Part shown: in pieces, positions 31,922 through 43,234 of the stretch
How positions within the stretch are numbered: position 1 is the stretch's first letter
How the letters are laid out: each line of letters opens with the position of its first letter
DNA from: Bryobacterales bacterium
GTDB lineage: Bacteria > Acidobacteriota > Terriglobia > Bryobacterales > UBA6623
Reading direction: 5' to 3'
DNA: 64,000 nucleotides
Assembly (NCBI GenBank): GCA_963422375.2
Contig: OY729427.2
Location: 1,120,001 to 1,184,000 of the forward strand
The notes under the pieces: model-generated
Database searches by the model: none
The model's input: only the letters and a program-made list of their open reading frames with translations
Told to the model about the DNA's origin: nothing
Program-made: the position numbers and the translations under genes

Positions 31922-32940
31922 CCTGATTACCAACGAACGTCAGCCGAGGATATGCTATACTGAAGGAGGTCGGAAATCTCTGATAGGAAAGGGGCTAGCA
32001 GCTGAAACGCAATCGCGTGCAATGCCAGAAGGGACTCAGCCCGGGCAAGTTCCTGCAGCGCTACGGCAGCGAGGGGCCATGCGAGCAGGCCGTCTTCAAC
32101 GCCCGCCGGCCGGACGGCTTCCGCTGCCTGGAGTGCGGCTCCCGACGGCACTGCCGCATCCGCTCCCGCAAGCTCTGGCAGTGCCATGCCTGCCACCGCC
32201 AGAGCTCCCTCGTCGCCGGCACGATCTGCGCCGCCACCCAGCTGCCGCTGACCGTCCGGTTGCTGGCGATCCACCTGCTGACGCAGGGCCAGCACGGCGT
32301 TTCGTCGCTGGAACTGGCGCGGCAGCTGGGGGTCAGCCGGAACACGGCCTGGAAGGTGAAGCACAAGCTCTTGCAAGTGCTGAAGGAGCGCGACGAGCGC
32401 GTGCCGCTGCACGGCATCGTGCAAGTGGACGACGCCTACTGGGGCGGGGAGCGGAGCGGCGGCAAGCGCGGGCGCGGCGCCGTTCGTCGCCGCCGCGCAG
32501 GTCACCGCCGACGGCAAGCCGGCAAGGATGCGCATGAGCAGCGTGGCGGGCTTCCGCAAGAAGACGCTGGCAGCCCGGGCCGGGCGGCACTTGCAGCCCG
32601 GCACGGAGGTGCATGCCGACGGCCCGGCCTGCTTCCGGGGCGTGGCCGACGCCGGCTGCGAGCACGTGCCGACCGTCACCGGAGGCGGGCAGCGGAGCTG
32701 CGGGGATTCCCGCTTCGTCCGGGTCGACACGATGCTGGCGAACGTCAAGCGGTCCCTGGCGGGAACCTGCCATGCGCTCGACGGCAAGCACCTGCCGCGC
32801 TACCTCGCCGAGTTCCGCTACCGCTTCAACCGCCGCTACGATCTCGAGGCGCTGGTCCCCCGCCTGCTCCACGCCTCCGTGCGCACCCCGCCCAGGCCTT
32901 ACCGCCTCCTAACCTTGGCTGAGTCTTGTGGGTAATCAGG
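31922..32940 (+). mobile_element. IS1595 family D copy 2 (start codon mutated, frameshifted)
   Basis: Both TIRs present. ATG has become CTG. 14-nt deletion near 32480. No matching TSD. Confidence 0.92.
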
Positions 32941-33998
32941 TTCAGGAATGTGTCGCGAATGGCGAGAACCTGCTGGGCGGGCCGGTGGGAGCCGCCACCC
33001 CCTACAGCCAGCAGGGTCGGGAGGCGCCGCCCGCTCGACGACGACGCCCGGACCAGATCCCCGGTGACCGTTGGCACTGAGATGAAGTGCGTGATCCGGT
33101 CGCGGTCGATCAGGTCGATTGCCTGCTCGGCGTCCCATCGATGCATCAGCGTGAGCCTCCGTCCCATCCGCAACGCGCTCAGCATGCAGACGTGGCAGGC
33201 CGTGACGTGAAAGAAAGGGATCGTGACCAGCATTCGAAACTGGACCTCGAACGGCTCTTCCGGCGCGGGCTCGTCGCAGAGGATGGACTGCGCCCGATTC
33301 TCGATCTCCCATGCCATCAGGGCGTGGACAACGTTGCGGTGTGTCGAGACCGCGGCCTTTGGACCCGCCGTCGACCCGGAGGTGTAGAGCATAAGGCAGT
33401 CGTCGTCGGGCTCGTTCGGCTCCGGCGAAAGGACCGCACCGTCGGAGCAGGCCAGCGCGTCATCCCAAGCCTCGACGCAAGGAGGAAGGTCTGGCCCCGC
33501 CCGCACGGCGATCGCACGGATGCCCAATGCGGGAAGGCGGCTCGCGATACGGTCGAGGCGATCGCGGTCAGCGATCAGGACCCGCGCTCCGACATCGCGC
33601 AGGCCGTACTCTATTTCCTCACCGCTCCACCAGCCATTCAGGGAAACCGTCACTGCACCCAAGGACATCGGAGCGAAGAAGGCGACGGGCCATTCCGGGT
33701 TATTCCGCATGCAGATCGCCACGCGATCCCCGCGCCCGACGCCCAGCCGCCGCAAGGCCTCCGCGAGACGCGCCGTCCGCGAGACGATGTCCGCGAAGGT
33801 GTGCCTCTCGTTGAAGTAGCTGATGTACTCGAGACTGCCGAAACGGCGCGCGTCCAGAAGGAGGTCGACCACGCTACGCGGGGCGTTCCGGACCACCCGG
33901 CACACGTTGCCGCCGCGAACCTCGCAGTCGGCGAGTTCGAATTCCCCGCCCCGGGCGGTCAGGGAGGCAAGAACCCGCTTACGCGCCTGGGCCGACAT
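32941..33998 (-). pseudogene. Class I adenylate-forming enzyme (acyl-CoA ligase), C-terminus removed by IS
   Basis: AMP-binding loop LYTSGSTAGPKAAVSTHRN, plus IPFFHVTA. The frame runs into the IS end before the expected GYG-TE motif. Confidence 0.88.
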
Positions 33999-34028
33999 CG
34001 CGGAGCGGGAACTATTCTGCCACGGGCC

Positions 34029-34895
34029 TCACCGCGGAGAGTCCTGGGGCTCGTCCTCCACCGTATTGGCCAGCGTGCCGACGCCGGAGATCTCCACTTC
34101 GACGAGGTCGTCGGGCCGCAGGAAGACCGGCGGCTTGCGCGCCTTGCCGACACCACCAGTCGTGCCCGTCGAGACGACGTCGCCCGGCTGGAGCGGGAAG
34201 ACGGTCGATACGTACTCGACGAGGCAGGGGATGTCGAACAGCAGGTCGCTGGTGGGAGCGCTCTGCATGACCTTGCCGTTGAGGCGGGTCTCGAGGGAGA
34301 GGGACACCGGATCGGGAATCTCGTCGGCGGTCACCAGCCAAGGGCCGAACGCGCCGGAATGCCAGAAGTTCTTGCCGGGGGTGAACTGGGACGTGTGCCG
34401 CTGGAAGTCGCGCACCGAACCGTCGTTGTAGCAGCTGTACCCCGCGACACAATCGAGCGCCCTGGAGGCGGGCACGTGGCGGCCGCCCGTGCCGACCACG
34501 AACGCCAGCTCGCCCTCGAAGTCGAACTCGGTCGACACTCTGGGCCGAATCATCGCCTCGCCGTGCCCGACATGGGAATCCGGAAAGCGAACGAAGAGAG
34601 TGGGGTGCGAAGGCATGGCTCGCCCCGTCTCCTCGATGTGCGTGCGGTAGTTGAGGCCGACGCACACGATCCGGCCGGGATCGAGGACGGGCGGCAAAAA
34701 GCGGATCTCGTCGAGCGGGAAGTCCGGACCCCGGCCGTCCGCCTCGGCCCGCAATGCGTCGAGCGCACCGTCGCGCAGCGAAGCGGAGAGAGAGGGCCAG
34801 CGTCGCGAGAGCCTCGCCCCGAGGTCAAGGACGCCTCCGCCCGTGGCGACTCCGTAGCTTTGGCGACCGTTTCTGGTGAAACTGACGAGTTTCAT
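34029..34895 (-). CDS. Fumarylacetoacetate hydrolase family protein
   Basis: Motifs CVGLNY, DFEGELAFVVG, YNDGSVRDFQ, GKNF and STGTTGGVG. Confidence 0.93.
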   Translation of the reverse strand: MKLVSFTRNGRQSYGVATGGGVLDLGARLSRRWPSLSASLRDGALDALRAEADGRGPDFPLDEIRFLPPVLDPGRIVCVGLNYRTHIEETGRAMPSHPTLFVRFPDSHVGHGEAMIRPRVSTEFDFEGELAFVVGTGGRHVPASRALDCVAGYSCYNDGSVRDFQRHTSQFTPGKNFWHSGAFGPWLVTADEIPDPVSLSLETRLNGKVMQSAPTSDLLFDIPCLVEYVSTVFPLQPGDVVSTGTTGGVGKARKPPVFLRPDDLVEVEISGVGTLANTVEDEPQDSPR

Positions 34896-35210
34896 GCTCC
34901 TTCCATTGAACCGATTCCGCAACCTGCTTCGCATCCTCGCTGCAGAGCGCGTCTCGGGCACGGGCGAGGAGAGCGATTGCCAAACCGGAACAGCCATGCC
35001 TGGAGCGGCTGCAGTAGATCGCTGCGGATTGAGGCAAGGCCCTCGCCGGGCGCGCGAGGAAACTTGCGGAGACGGATCGAGGATTCCTTGCAGCACCGCA
35101 CCGTGCCGGGAGGCGGCAGCTGGACGGGCAACCAGACAGGCCTTCGTCTACCCTTCGAATCGTCGCCTAACAGCGGCGCTTCGGAAACGCTAGAGGGTGC
35201 CGGGCTGGAC

Positions 35211-37180
35211 CTACGGCGACGATTCCACCGGCACGGCCGTCCAAGTGCCGTTCGAGAGAACGAGTCGATAGACGACGAACGCGTCTGAAGCCGCCAGATG
35301 ACCGCTGGAGACGCGCTGCCACCAGATGCCGGATTCGGATCGTTCGAGCGTTACGCGCGACCCGCTCGCACCCAGAGGGACGTTGATCATAGGAACTTGG
35401 TAGGTTGCGATCCACGTTCCATTATTCCAGGTAAGCATGTATCGGTTGCCGCTTGACGTTGTCATCACGTGCCCGTTGCGGATGACTGTCCCGCCAATAC
35501 GAGAGCTGCGGTCCTCCGAGTAGTGGATGAACACGGCATTGCCACTTCGTCCCAACTCGACACGATCTGGCGGAGGAGGTACGAATACTGCCGTCCACCC
35601 GTCACCAGTTCTCTGCAGCCTGTATTCGTTTCCGTTTGACGCAACGACCGAAGCTCCGCTTGTCACTCTGTCTCCATTGAGTGTATACGTTCCATTGTCT
35701 TGTCTTCGAAGCGTTACGGTCTCTCCACTGATTCCGAGAGTCACTTGGATTCGGCTATCTGCAATCTCGTCTAGGGCCTTTTCGGATTCCAAGTAGACTT
35801 CGATTTCATCGTATATTCGATCAAAGTGATTGAATGCCACTCGGTAGTCTTCGTCGCATGGCTCTTCATCGTTCTGACTGGTTACGATCCCAATCATTCT
35901 CTGATCATCTCAAAGATGGCAGATCCAGACGAGCCGGCTTCGGTCGTACCCTGTCGCCAACGAACTGTACTGAACCCGAGCGGGCTAAGGTCACTCCACC
36001 GTTGGTAGACGACATCCCCGAAGGCGATCCGCTGAAACGCACCGTCTGGATGCGATACGTTCACGACGTCTTCCCTCGTTCTCGGCCTGCGTGCATCCCA
36101 TCCCAGCTGCGCTATACCCGTCACCGACAGCACGTCGTCCAAGTCAAGTAGCAGGAGCGCGAAGTCATCGTACCTGCTCGGCCCCTCGGACTTAACTAGT
36201 AACGATCCATAGGATCTGTCTAGATCGCCCACGACTGGTTGTCCGTAACAGGAATCCGTCTGATAATTCCATATGAATTCAGTGTTTTCTGCTTCTTCAT
36301 CGCTTCCAACACAATGCTCAGTGGTCAGGAGCAACAAATGCCTGTCAGTGTCAAAGACGGTGTTGATCGTTGCTCCAGAACAGGAATGCGATCCGGAGGA
36401 AGTGCTGATGATCAACAATGCCGTGGACTGGTATTGCGTGTCCTTCCACTCCGGATAGCACGATACATCTAAATGGCATCCGACAATCGACCGCGGTTCG
36501 ACTGCGGGGTATCGACCGTCCGATTTCTTTCGCAAGAGATTCGCTAAGCGAATTATGTGTGCTACCGATGTGACTCGAAATGGAATTGCGCTCGAACCGG
36601 CCAGAGGATCGTCAGTAACGTACTCTATCGTAGCCGCTTCCGAGAATACTATCTGGCTCCAGAAATCGCCGTCCTGTTGAGGACCGGTACCCGTGTAGGG
36701 ACCAACATATCGTGCGGAGACATCGCTTCCGTTCGGGTATATGTAGAGACGCCCGTTGACATGAAAACCTTCGAAATGCAGGCGCAACGCTCGCGCCCCG
36801 ACGGATCGAACCGTGGACCTCCAGACCATCTGGCCTGATCCTGTCGTTGTCCACTGGCCGGGAAGAGCGCCCGGGTCATCGGGATCGAGCGGCACATCGG
36901 ACTCCAGCGCGATGTCTCGCGTTGGCCCGGCCCACGACCCTCCATGACGCAATCTCTGCTCGTGGATTCCTCCGCCTTCGATCCGCGGCAGGATCACTTG
37001 CGGAGGCTGCTGCAACCATCCTCGTCCGACTGGTCCCGGCGTGACCGACGCAACTCGGCTCTCGGGGTGAAGTTCTACCTGCCGAGGCCCGTTGACACGC
37101 TGAGGTTCGGCTCCCAAGGCGTAGCTGGCACCAAGGTGCGACAGGAGGATCACGGTGACAGAGGCTGCGATTCGTTTCAT
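35211..37180 (-). pseudogene. Secreted trypsin-like (lysyl endopeptidase-like) serine protease with C-terminal beta-rich repeats, frameshifted
   Basis: Signal peptide MKRIAAS. Catalytic triad TTEHC / DDFALL / GTTEAGSSGS. Frameshift near 35900 into MIGIVTS..., followed by repeats of V.LG.SG..V....G......SNGN.Y.L.....W.A. Confidence 0.8.
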
Positions 37181-37412
37181 GGGTTCTCGTTTCTCCCCTG
37201 CTCGTGGCTCGGAGCGCACGACGACGACAATGCCCGCCGCGCGCCCTTTCGGTACTCGATGTCGATGGCGTCTCTCGGCGATCCGGAACGCGACCTTCAA
37301 GCGGACGCCAGATCGTGCGCATGCGCGAAGTCGCCACCCAGGGCAACCTCCCCACGCATCGCGGCAGCTGCCAATCGCCCGCCTCGCATCTCTTGACAAG
37401 AGTAATGTCTTA

Positions 37413-38446
37413 CCTGATCCTGGTTACCCACAAGACTCAGCCAAGGTTAGGAGGCGGTAAGGCCTGGGCGGGGTGCGCACGGAGGCGTGGAGCAGGCGGG
37501 GGACCAGCGCCTCCAGGTCGTAGCGGCGGTTGAAGCGGTAGCGGAACTCGGCGAGGTAGCGCGGCAGGTGCTTGCCGTCGAGCGCATGGCAGGTTCCCGC
37601 CAGGGACTGCTTGACGTTCGCCAGCATCGTGTTGACCCGGACGAAGCGGGAATCCCCGCAGCTCCGCTGCCCGCCTGCGGTGACGGTCGGCACGTGCTCG
37701 CAGCCGGCGTCGGCCACGCCCCGGAAGCAGGCCGGGCCGTCGGCATGCACCTCCGTGCCGGGCTGCAAGTGCCGCCCGGCCCATGCTGCCAGCGTCTTCT
37801 TGCGCAAGCCCGCCACGCTGCTCATGCGCATCCTTGCCGGCTGGCCGGCGGCGGTGACCTGCACGGCGGCGACGAACGGCGTCTTGCCCGCCGCGCCGCG
37901 CCCGCGCTTGCCGCCGCTCCCCGCCCCGGTAGGCGTCGTCCACCTGCACGATGCCGCCCGGCGGCACGCGCTCGTCGCGCTCCTTCATCACTTGCAGGAG
38001 CTTGTGCTTCACCTTCCAGGCCGTGTTCCGGCTCACGCCCAGCTGCCGCGCCAGTTCCAGCGACGAAACGCCGTGCTGGCCCTGCGTCAGCAGGTGGATC
38101 GCCAGCAACCGGACGGTCAGCGGCAGCTGGGTGGCGGCCAAGATCGTGCCGGCGACGAGGGAGCTCTGGCGGTGGCAGGCATGGCACTGCCAGAGCTTGC
38201 GGGAGCGGATGCGGCAGTGCCGTCGGGAGCCGCACTCCAGGCAGCGGAAGCCGTCCGGCCGGCGGGCGTTGAAGACGGCCTGCTCGCATGGCCCCTCGCT
38301 GCCGTAGCGCTGCAGGAACTTGCCCGGGCTGAGTCCCTTCTGGCATTGCACGCGATTGCGTTTCAGCTGCTAGCCCCTTTCCTATCAGAGATTTCCGACC
38401 TCCTTCAGTATAGCATATCCTCGGCTGACGTTCGTTGGTAATCAGG
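37413..38446 (-). mobile_element. IS1595 family D copy 3 (start codon mutated, frameshifted)
   Basis: Both ends present; the inner end is partly duplicated (CCTGAT-CCTGGTTACC). 5-nt deletion near 37915. Confidence 0.92.
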
Positions 38447-38759
38447 AAATCATATGCACTGATTCGTTCTCGGGATCGATCAAGGGAACTTAGACTTGCA
38501 TCGTGTCCCAGTCCAAATCCCATGCGAGCCTCTTGATAGGCGACGCACCGAACTCCTTGAACTCATGATAGATGGAGCGCACTACGGGGCCGTATTCCCA
38601 AGCCTCCACCATCTCGTCAAGCAACGGCGTCCCGTCAAGTCATAAGTGCCAGCCATGCGCGTAGTACAGCAGCTTGTGAAGCTGCATCTGCGTGAGTCTT
38701 CGCCGCGTATGCGTAAGGAAGTAGTTAGCTACGGCCTTGGCATCATATGGCGCTGGCAT
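38447..38759 (-). pseudogene. Panacea (DUF4065/SocA) antitoxin, 5' half
   Basis: MPAPYDAKAVANYFL..LTQMQLHKLLYYAHGWHL*LDGTPLLDEMVEAWEYGPVVRSIYHEFK, with two internal stops. Confidence 0.9.
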
Positions 38760-38812
38760 CAACCCTCGCAGTATAACGCCCTCGGGATCGACAGGCAACC
38801 ACTCTGGCCAGC

Positions 38813-40687
38813 CTAGCGCGACACAACCGATTCGGCGTAGAGGAGATCCCCGGTCAGCCCGTCGTAATACTGGAACACGGCCTGCGGGCTCTCGTACGCG
38901 ACCCAGCGGTCGTCGCCTGCGAGCGGGTTGTTGAATACGTTGTTCACTTGCACGACACAGTAGATCGGGCGCCTGCGCCACTCGTTCGGCGTGTCGTTGA
39001 CGATGAAGCTGGACCAGCGGATCTCCACGTCGCGCCCGAACGAGTTGTACGGGCCGGACTTGGGGCGGTTGCCTTCCGAGCGGAGGGGGTGGTTGGTCGA
39101 GTTGTGCGGCCCGGAGGCGAACTCCCAGACCCGGTCCGTGAGCTTGATAGCGAAGCTATTGTGCAGGTCCCCGGTTAGCACGAAGACCGGCTTGCCGAGC
39201 CCGTCCCAGAACTCGATAAGGTCCTCGCGCTCCCACAGGAATGCCGTCCACGCGTCGTCCTTGTTCGATTCGGAGATATTCGCGCTCCCCGTGCCGCCTA
39301 CATGGGAAATCGAGAAGTTCACTGACGAGACGAGGAAGAAGAAATCCGCGTCCGAATTGCGCATCGTCTCCTTGAGCCAGGCCTTCTGCTTCTCGCCCAG
39401 CATAGTCCGTCCGACCTTGCCGCGGTCGTTGGTGTCGTGCATCATGCGGTAGGAGCGGGTGTCGACGTAGAGGAACTCCGCGTTCGACACGCGAGAGCTG
39501 AAATACGAGCGGCGACCTACCGAATAGACGGGCGTACCGTCCTCGGTGGCCGCGGGGCGAATCCGCAACCGGTTGGCGTCAAGCACTTCCACGATCTCGT
39601 AGACTCGCGAGTTCGGGTCACCGCCCTCGTCGTCCGGATCGGAGCCGTCCGGATTCCGGTCCAGCAGCATGGCTCCCCAGTTCTCCGTGCCCCAATGCAC
39701 GTGGAGGGTCGACTCGGTGCTCAGGCCCGTGAAGTCCGCTTCGGAATCGCTCAGAACGTCGCTTCCGGCCTCCAGCTTCGCCCTGCCATAGACGATGGGA
39801 GGCGTGTCGGGCACGGGGTTGCTCCACGCGAGGTAGTCGTACCAAGCGCGCGTACCGACGTCGCGGAACACCGCGCGGCGATTCCTTCGACCGGGCTCGC
39901 CCGCACCGTAGATATCGTTGAGCAGCTCGTGGTCGTCGAAGGTGTAGTACGACGGCACGTTGCGGTGCCATGCACGCAGGTTCGCGCCGTTGTTGTAGAA
40001 GTTCTTGTAGTTCTCCCAGACCCCGGCGATCGACGGCATCAGGGAAACGACCCTCGGGGTGTCGTCTGGCTCTGTGCCGGTCTGCTCGCGCCACTGTTCG
40101 GCAGTGTACAGGCGGGAGGCGTTCTCGTACAGCCAGTCGCCGTCCAAGATGGCGAAGTCGATCTTGCTCTTGCTCGAGTCGCTGACGAGTTCACGCAGCA
40201 TGGTTCCGTGCGTCAGCAGCTTGGGACCGATCGGGCTGCCGCTCGGATTCTGGTTGTTGCCGCAGGCGAACTCGAAGCGGAAGTTGAACCTGCCTTCGCG
40301 GTTGTGCTCGGACTCGAGTCCCGTGGAGTCCGGCAGGGTGTGAAACGAGCCGGACCGCTCCTCCGCGCCGGAAGGAGAGCTTCCGGTGCCGATCTCGTAG
40401 TGGTACTTCGTGCCCGGCTCGAGACCTTCGAGCAGGACCCAGCCCGTGTTGTCGTCCCCAAGGGCGGTCGCGCCGGTCGCCCTCCCCGCGAGGTCGTCCG
40501 GATCGGTGCCGTAGAACACCGTGAAATCGCCGGGGCGCGAAGTGCGCGCCCAGACCCCGATATGGTCCGTGCCGAGCCTCCCCAGCACGGGTCCGTGCGT
40601 GATCGAGGGGCCGCCGCCGTCCCCGGCGGGTGCGCAGCCCAAGCCGAGGATCCAGCCAAGAACTGCGAGAGCCGCGATCTGTCTCAT
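38813..40687 (-). CDS. Alkaline phosphatase D (PhoD) family lipoprotein
   Basis: Lipobox LGC. Motifs FACGN, ILDGDWLYE, TFDDHE, DTRSYR, MLGEKQKAWL and LTGDLH. Confidence 0.88.
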   Translation of the reverse strand: MRQIAALAVLGWILGLGCAPAGDGGGPSITHGPVLGRLGTDHIGVWARTSRPGDFTVFYGTDPDDLAGRATGATALGDDNTGWVLLEGLEPGTKYHYEIGTGSSPSGAEERSGSFHTLPDSTGLESEHNREGRFNFRFEFACGNNQNPSGSPIGPKLLTHGTMLRELVSDSSKSKIDFAILDGDWLYENASRLYTAEQWREQTGTEPDDTPRVVSLMPSIAGVWENYKNFYNNGANLRAWHRNVPSYYTFDDHELLNDIYGAGEPGRRNRRAVFRDVGTRAWYDYLAWSNPVPDTPPIVYGRAKLEAGSDVLSDSEADFTGLSTESTLHVHWGTENWGAMLLDRNPDGSDPDDEGGDPNSRVYEIVEVLDANRLRIRPAATEDGTPVYSVGRRSYFSSRVSNAEFLYVDTRSYRMMHDTNDRGKVGRTMLGEKQKAWLKETMRNSDADFFFLVSSVNFSISHVGGTGSANISESNKDDAWTAFLWEREDLIEFWDGLGKPVFVLTGDLHNSFAIKLTDRVWEFASGPHNSTNHPLRSEGNRPKSGPYNSFGRDVEIRWSSFIVNDTPNEWRRRPIYCVVQVNNVFNNPLAGDDRWVAYESPQAVFQYYDGLTGDLLYAESVVSR

Positions 40688-40737
40688 GATTATCGAGAGA
40701 GTACCAGATGGACAATTGCCGGCTTCCGGCAAGAGGG

Positions 40738-41127
40738 CTAGAATCGGCGTCCGGCAAGCTCGCGCAGAACGCGCCGGTCACCTTCAAGGAAGTCGTAGGG
40801 CCCCAAGGCGTCCCGGGATTCCCAGCGCACTTCGGCGAACTGAGACGGGTCGATGAGCCCTCGATAGGCCCCGACCAGGAAGAACACCAAGCGGACGGAA
40901 GGCATTCCGGAATACGAGTAGTCGTACCGCAGCACTTCCCGCGCCTCCGCTGCAACGATGCCGAGCTCCTCGAGGAGCTCGCGCCGGAGCGCTTGGCAGA
41001 TGCCCTCCCCCGACTCTACCTTCCCGCCGGGGAATTCCCACTTGCCGGCATGCGCCTGGTCCGGACGCCGACGGCAGATCAGGAGCTTCCCGTCCCGCTC
41101 GATCAGGGCCACAGCTACGGTGGTCAC
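40738..41127 (-). CDS. MutT-like NUDIX (d)NTP pyrophosphohydrolase
   Basis: WEFPGGKVESGE..ALRRELLEELGI. Confidence 0.9.
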   Translation of the reverse strand: MTTVAVALIERDGKLLICRRRPDQAHAGKWEFPGGKVESGEGICQALRRELLEELGIVAAEAREVLRYDYSYSGMPSVRLVFFLVGAYRGLIDPSQFAEVRWESRDALGPYDFLEGDRRVLRELAGRRF

Positions 41128-41759
41128 GAGGCCTCCTTGGCGAGGCGCGGCTCGAGACTCCGCCAGCAGTACCAGCTGGCCACGCTGCCGTACGGCCTCC
41201 AAGGCCGGAACAGCTCAAGCGCCTCGCTCCGGCCGGGCAGGGCCGCCAAGCCGTGAAGCCTGCGCAGGGCCTGCCGGACTCCCAAGTCCTCGTGCGGGAC
41301 CACATCGGGACGTCCGAGGGAGAAAATCAGGAACATCTTCGCGGTCCATACGCCGATCCCTCGCAGGTCCGTGAGCTGACGCACTACCTCGTCGCTATCC
41401 AGCGCGGGCATCGCATCCAGGTCCAAGCCCTGCTCCAGCACCGCGTCGGCCAGGCCGAGCACATAGGACGCCTTTCTGGCGGAATATCCGATCTCTCGCA
41501 GGCAATCCTCGCCGCAGGCCCGCACCGAGCGGGCGCAAACTCCCGGCGAGCCGACCCGATCCTCCAGCCGACCCCGGATCGCTCGAGCCGCCGCGCCGGA
41601 AATCTGCTGGGCAGTGATCGACCGGACCAGCATCTGGAATCCGTCGCGCTGCAGCCGCAGGCCGCACGGACCGACCCTCGCAACCAAGTCGCGCATGTGG
41701 GGGCAGGAGCACTCCAAGTGCCGATCCGCATTGCGGAGCATTTCCTCGAACGACGTCAT
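41124..41759 (-). CDS. DNA-3-methyladenine glycosylase II (AlkA-like)
   Basis: Motifs ITAQQIS, LRGIGVWTA (HhH), DLGV and WRPYGSVA. Confidence 0.92.
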   Translation of the reverse strand: MTSFEEMLRNADRHLECSCPHMRDLVARVGPCGLRLQRDGFQMLVRSITAQQISGAAARAIRGRLEDRVGSPGVCARSVRACGEDCLREIGYSARKASYVLGLADAVLEQGLDLDAMPALDSDEVVRQLTDLRGIGVWTAKMFLIFSLGRPDVVPHEDLGVRQALRRLHGLAALPGRSEALELFRPWRPYGSVASWYCWRSLEPRLAKEAS

Positions 41760-42700
41760 CCAAGATCCATCACGGGGACGCTCCGCCCGCGCGCCCGATA
41801 GGCGAGCAGCAAGGCTCCAACCACTGGGTCATGAGCCGGGCGGCCGAGCGCGAATCCTGCGGCACCGACGGCTCGAGCGAAGATGTCCCGAGCAAGCTCG
41901 CTGCGAAACACACCGCCGGAACAGTAGACGGTCGGCTCCGGCGGCGGACAAGGGAGGGCCTGGACCGCTTGCTCGGCCAAAGATCCCAGCACCTTCGCGG
42001 CTCCGGCCATCACCTCCCGGGCGGGCTTGTCGCCGCCGCAGGCGGCGGCGTCCACCTGCGGGGCCAGCGAGGCAATGCGATCGCGGGGCCAGTTCCTGTC
42101 GTAGAACCGATGCATCGCTTCGTTGACGGTGGCGGATCCGGTAGCCTCCAAGAAATCTTCCCTCAGCGCCGTGGGCTCGCCCCAGCCCTCCTCGGCCGCT
42201 AGAGAAGCCCGCAGGGCACGCCTCACGATGTCGAACGCTCCCCCGTCGTCTCCGAACAGGTAGCCCCATCCTCCGCAGCGCGCTTCGTTGCCGGCAGCAT
42301 CGCGAGCCAGCGCTATCGAGCCCGTGCCGGCTACGACCACCACGCCGGGCCCGCCGCCGGCCGCGCCCTCCAAGGCCGCCACGGCGTCCGTGGTTACGTC
42401 GATCAAAGCCGACGGGACGACTTCGGCGAGAATGCGGCGCTTGTCGTCGGGCCCGCCGCTCATTCCGAAACAGGCCGCCTCGAACCGAGTGCCCGGGGGC
42501 AGGCCTGCGCCCGCCAGCGACTTCCGCACCAAATCGCCCACGGCAGCCCGGACAAGCGCAGCCTCTTGGCTCGTACTAGCGCGGTGGCACGGAGCGCCTC
42601 CGGCGCGGGCCAGAATCCGCCCGCTCTCGTCCCCTATGGCCGCACGTGTCGAGGACTGCCCGCCGTCGACCCCGAGGAAGAACCGTCGCGTTCCAGCCAT
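41756..42700 (-). CDS. BadF/BcrA-type ATPase / N-acetylglucosamine kinase-like
   Basis: Motifs LGVDGGQSST, VAGTGS and GGWGYLFGDDGG. Confidence 0.9.
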   Translation of the reverse strand: MAGTRRFFLGVDGGQSSTRAAIGDESGRILARAGGAPCHRASTSQEAALVRAAVGDLVRKSLAGAGLPPGTRFEAACFGMSGGPDDKRRILAEVVPSALIDVTTDAVAALEGAAGGGPGVVVVAGTGSIALARDAAGNEARCGGWGYLFGDDGGAFDIVRRALRASLAAEEGWGEPTALREDFLEATGSATVNEAMHRFYDRNWPRDRIASLAPQVDAAACGGDKPAREVMAGAAKVLGSLAEQAVQALPCPPPEPTVYCSGGVFRSELARDIFARAVGAAGFALGRPAHDPVVGALLLAYRARGRSVPVMDLG

Positions 42701-42703
42701 CGC

Positions 42704-43234
42704 CTAGCGACCGAGCGCGTTTCGGAAACAGTGCCGCATGAGGGCCTCCCACTCAAGCATCTGGATCTCGATCAGAGGCCCCGCTACCGAGCCGCCGGCT
42801 TCGGCTGCCGCGCAGCGGTCGACAAACGCGAAGGGGTCCCACGGGTGACCGGTCTCGCGCTCCAGTTCCGCGAACACCGGGTGGCTGCCCGTGCGCCGGA
42901 ACCAGTACTTCGAGTTGCTCCAGTCGCCTTCCTGGCGATGCATGATCCCGTGCCAGTAGCTGCCGGACGAGGTGCGGATCCCCTGCGAGATCCGATGTGA
43001 CTCGTCCAAGGACCGAAAGTACAGGAAGAGTCCCGAGCGAACGCAGTCGGCGGCCTCGCGCGACAGCACAGCGGCCCCGTCAAGCAGGTCTTCGGCCGAC
43101 ATCGACCGAAGCATGTCTAGTTGCGGGCATTCCAGCGGACCGCCCGGAACAAGCTCCATGGCCCGCAGGCCTCCGCCGCTCGGAGAAATCAGAGACCTAA
43201 TGGCCGGGCCGAAGCCGGTCACGCTCGCATCCAT
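42704..43234 (-). CDS. Conserved hypothetical protein
   Basis: LDESHRISQ..GSYWHGIMHRQEGDWSNSKYWFRR. Operonic with the kinase gene. Confidence 0.8.
   Translation of the reverse strand: MDASVTGFGPAIRSLISPSGGGLRAMELVPGGPLECPQLDMLRSMSAEDLLDGAAVLSREAADCVRSGLFLYFRSLDESHRISQGIRTSSGSYWHGIMHRQEGDWSNSKYWFRRTGSHPVFAELERETGHPWDPFAFVDRCAAAEAGGSVAGPLIEIQMLEWEALMRHCFRNALGR

Larger units (their letters stand above)
29608..38446. mobile_element. Composite transposon bounded by inverted IS1595 family-D copies
   Basis: Both outer ends read CCTGATTACCAACGA. 8-bp TSD AAATCATA at 29600-29607 and 38447-38454. Confidence 0.85.
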
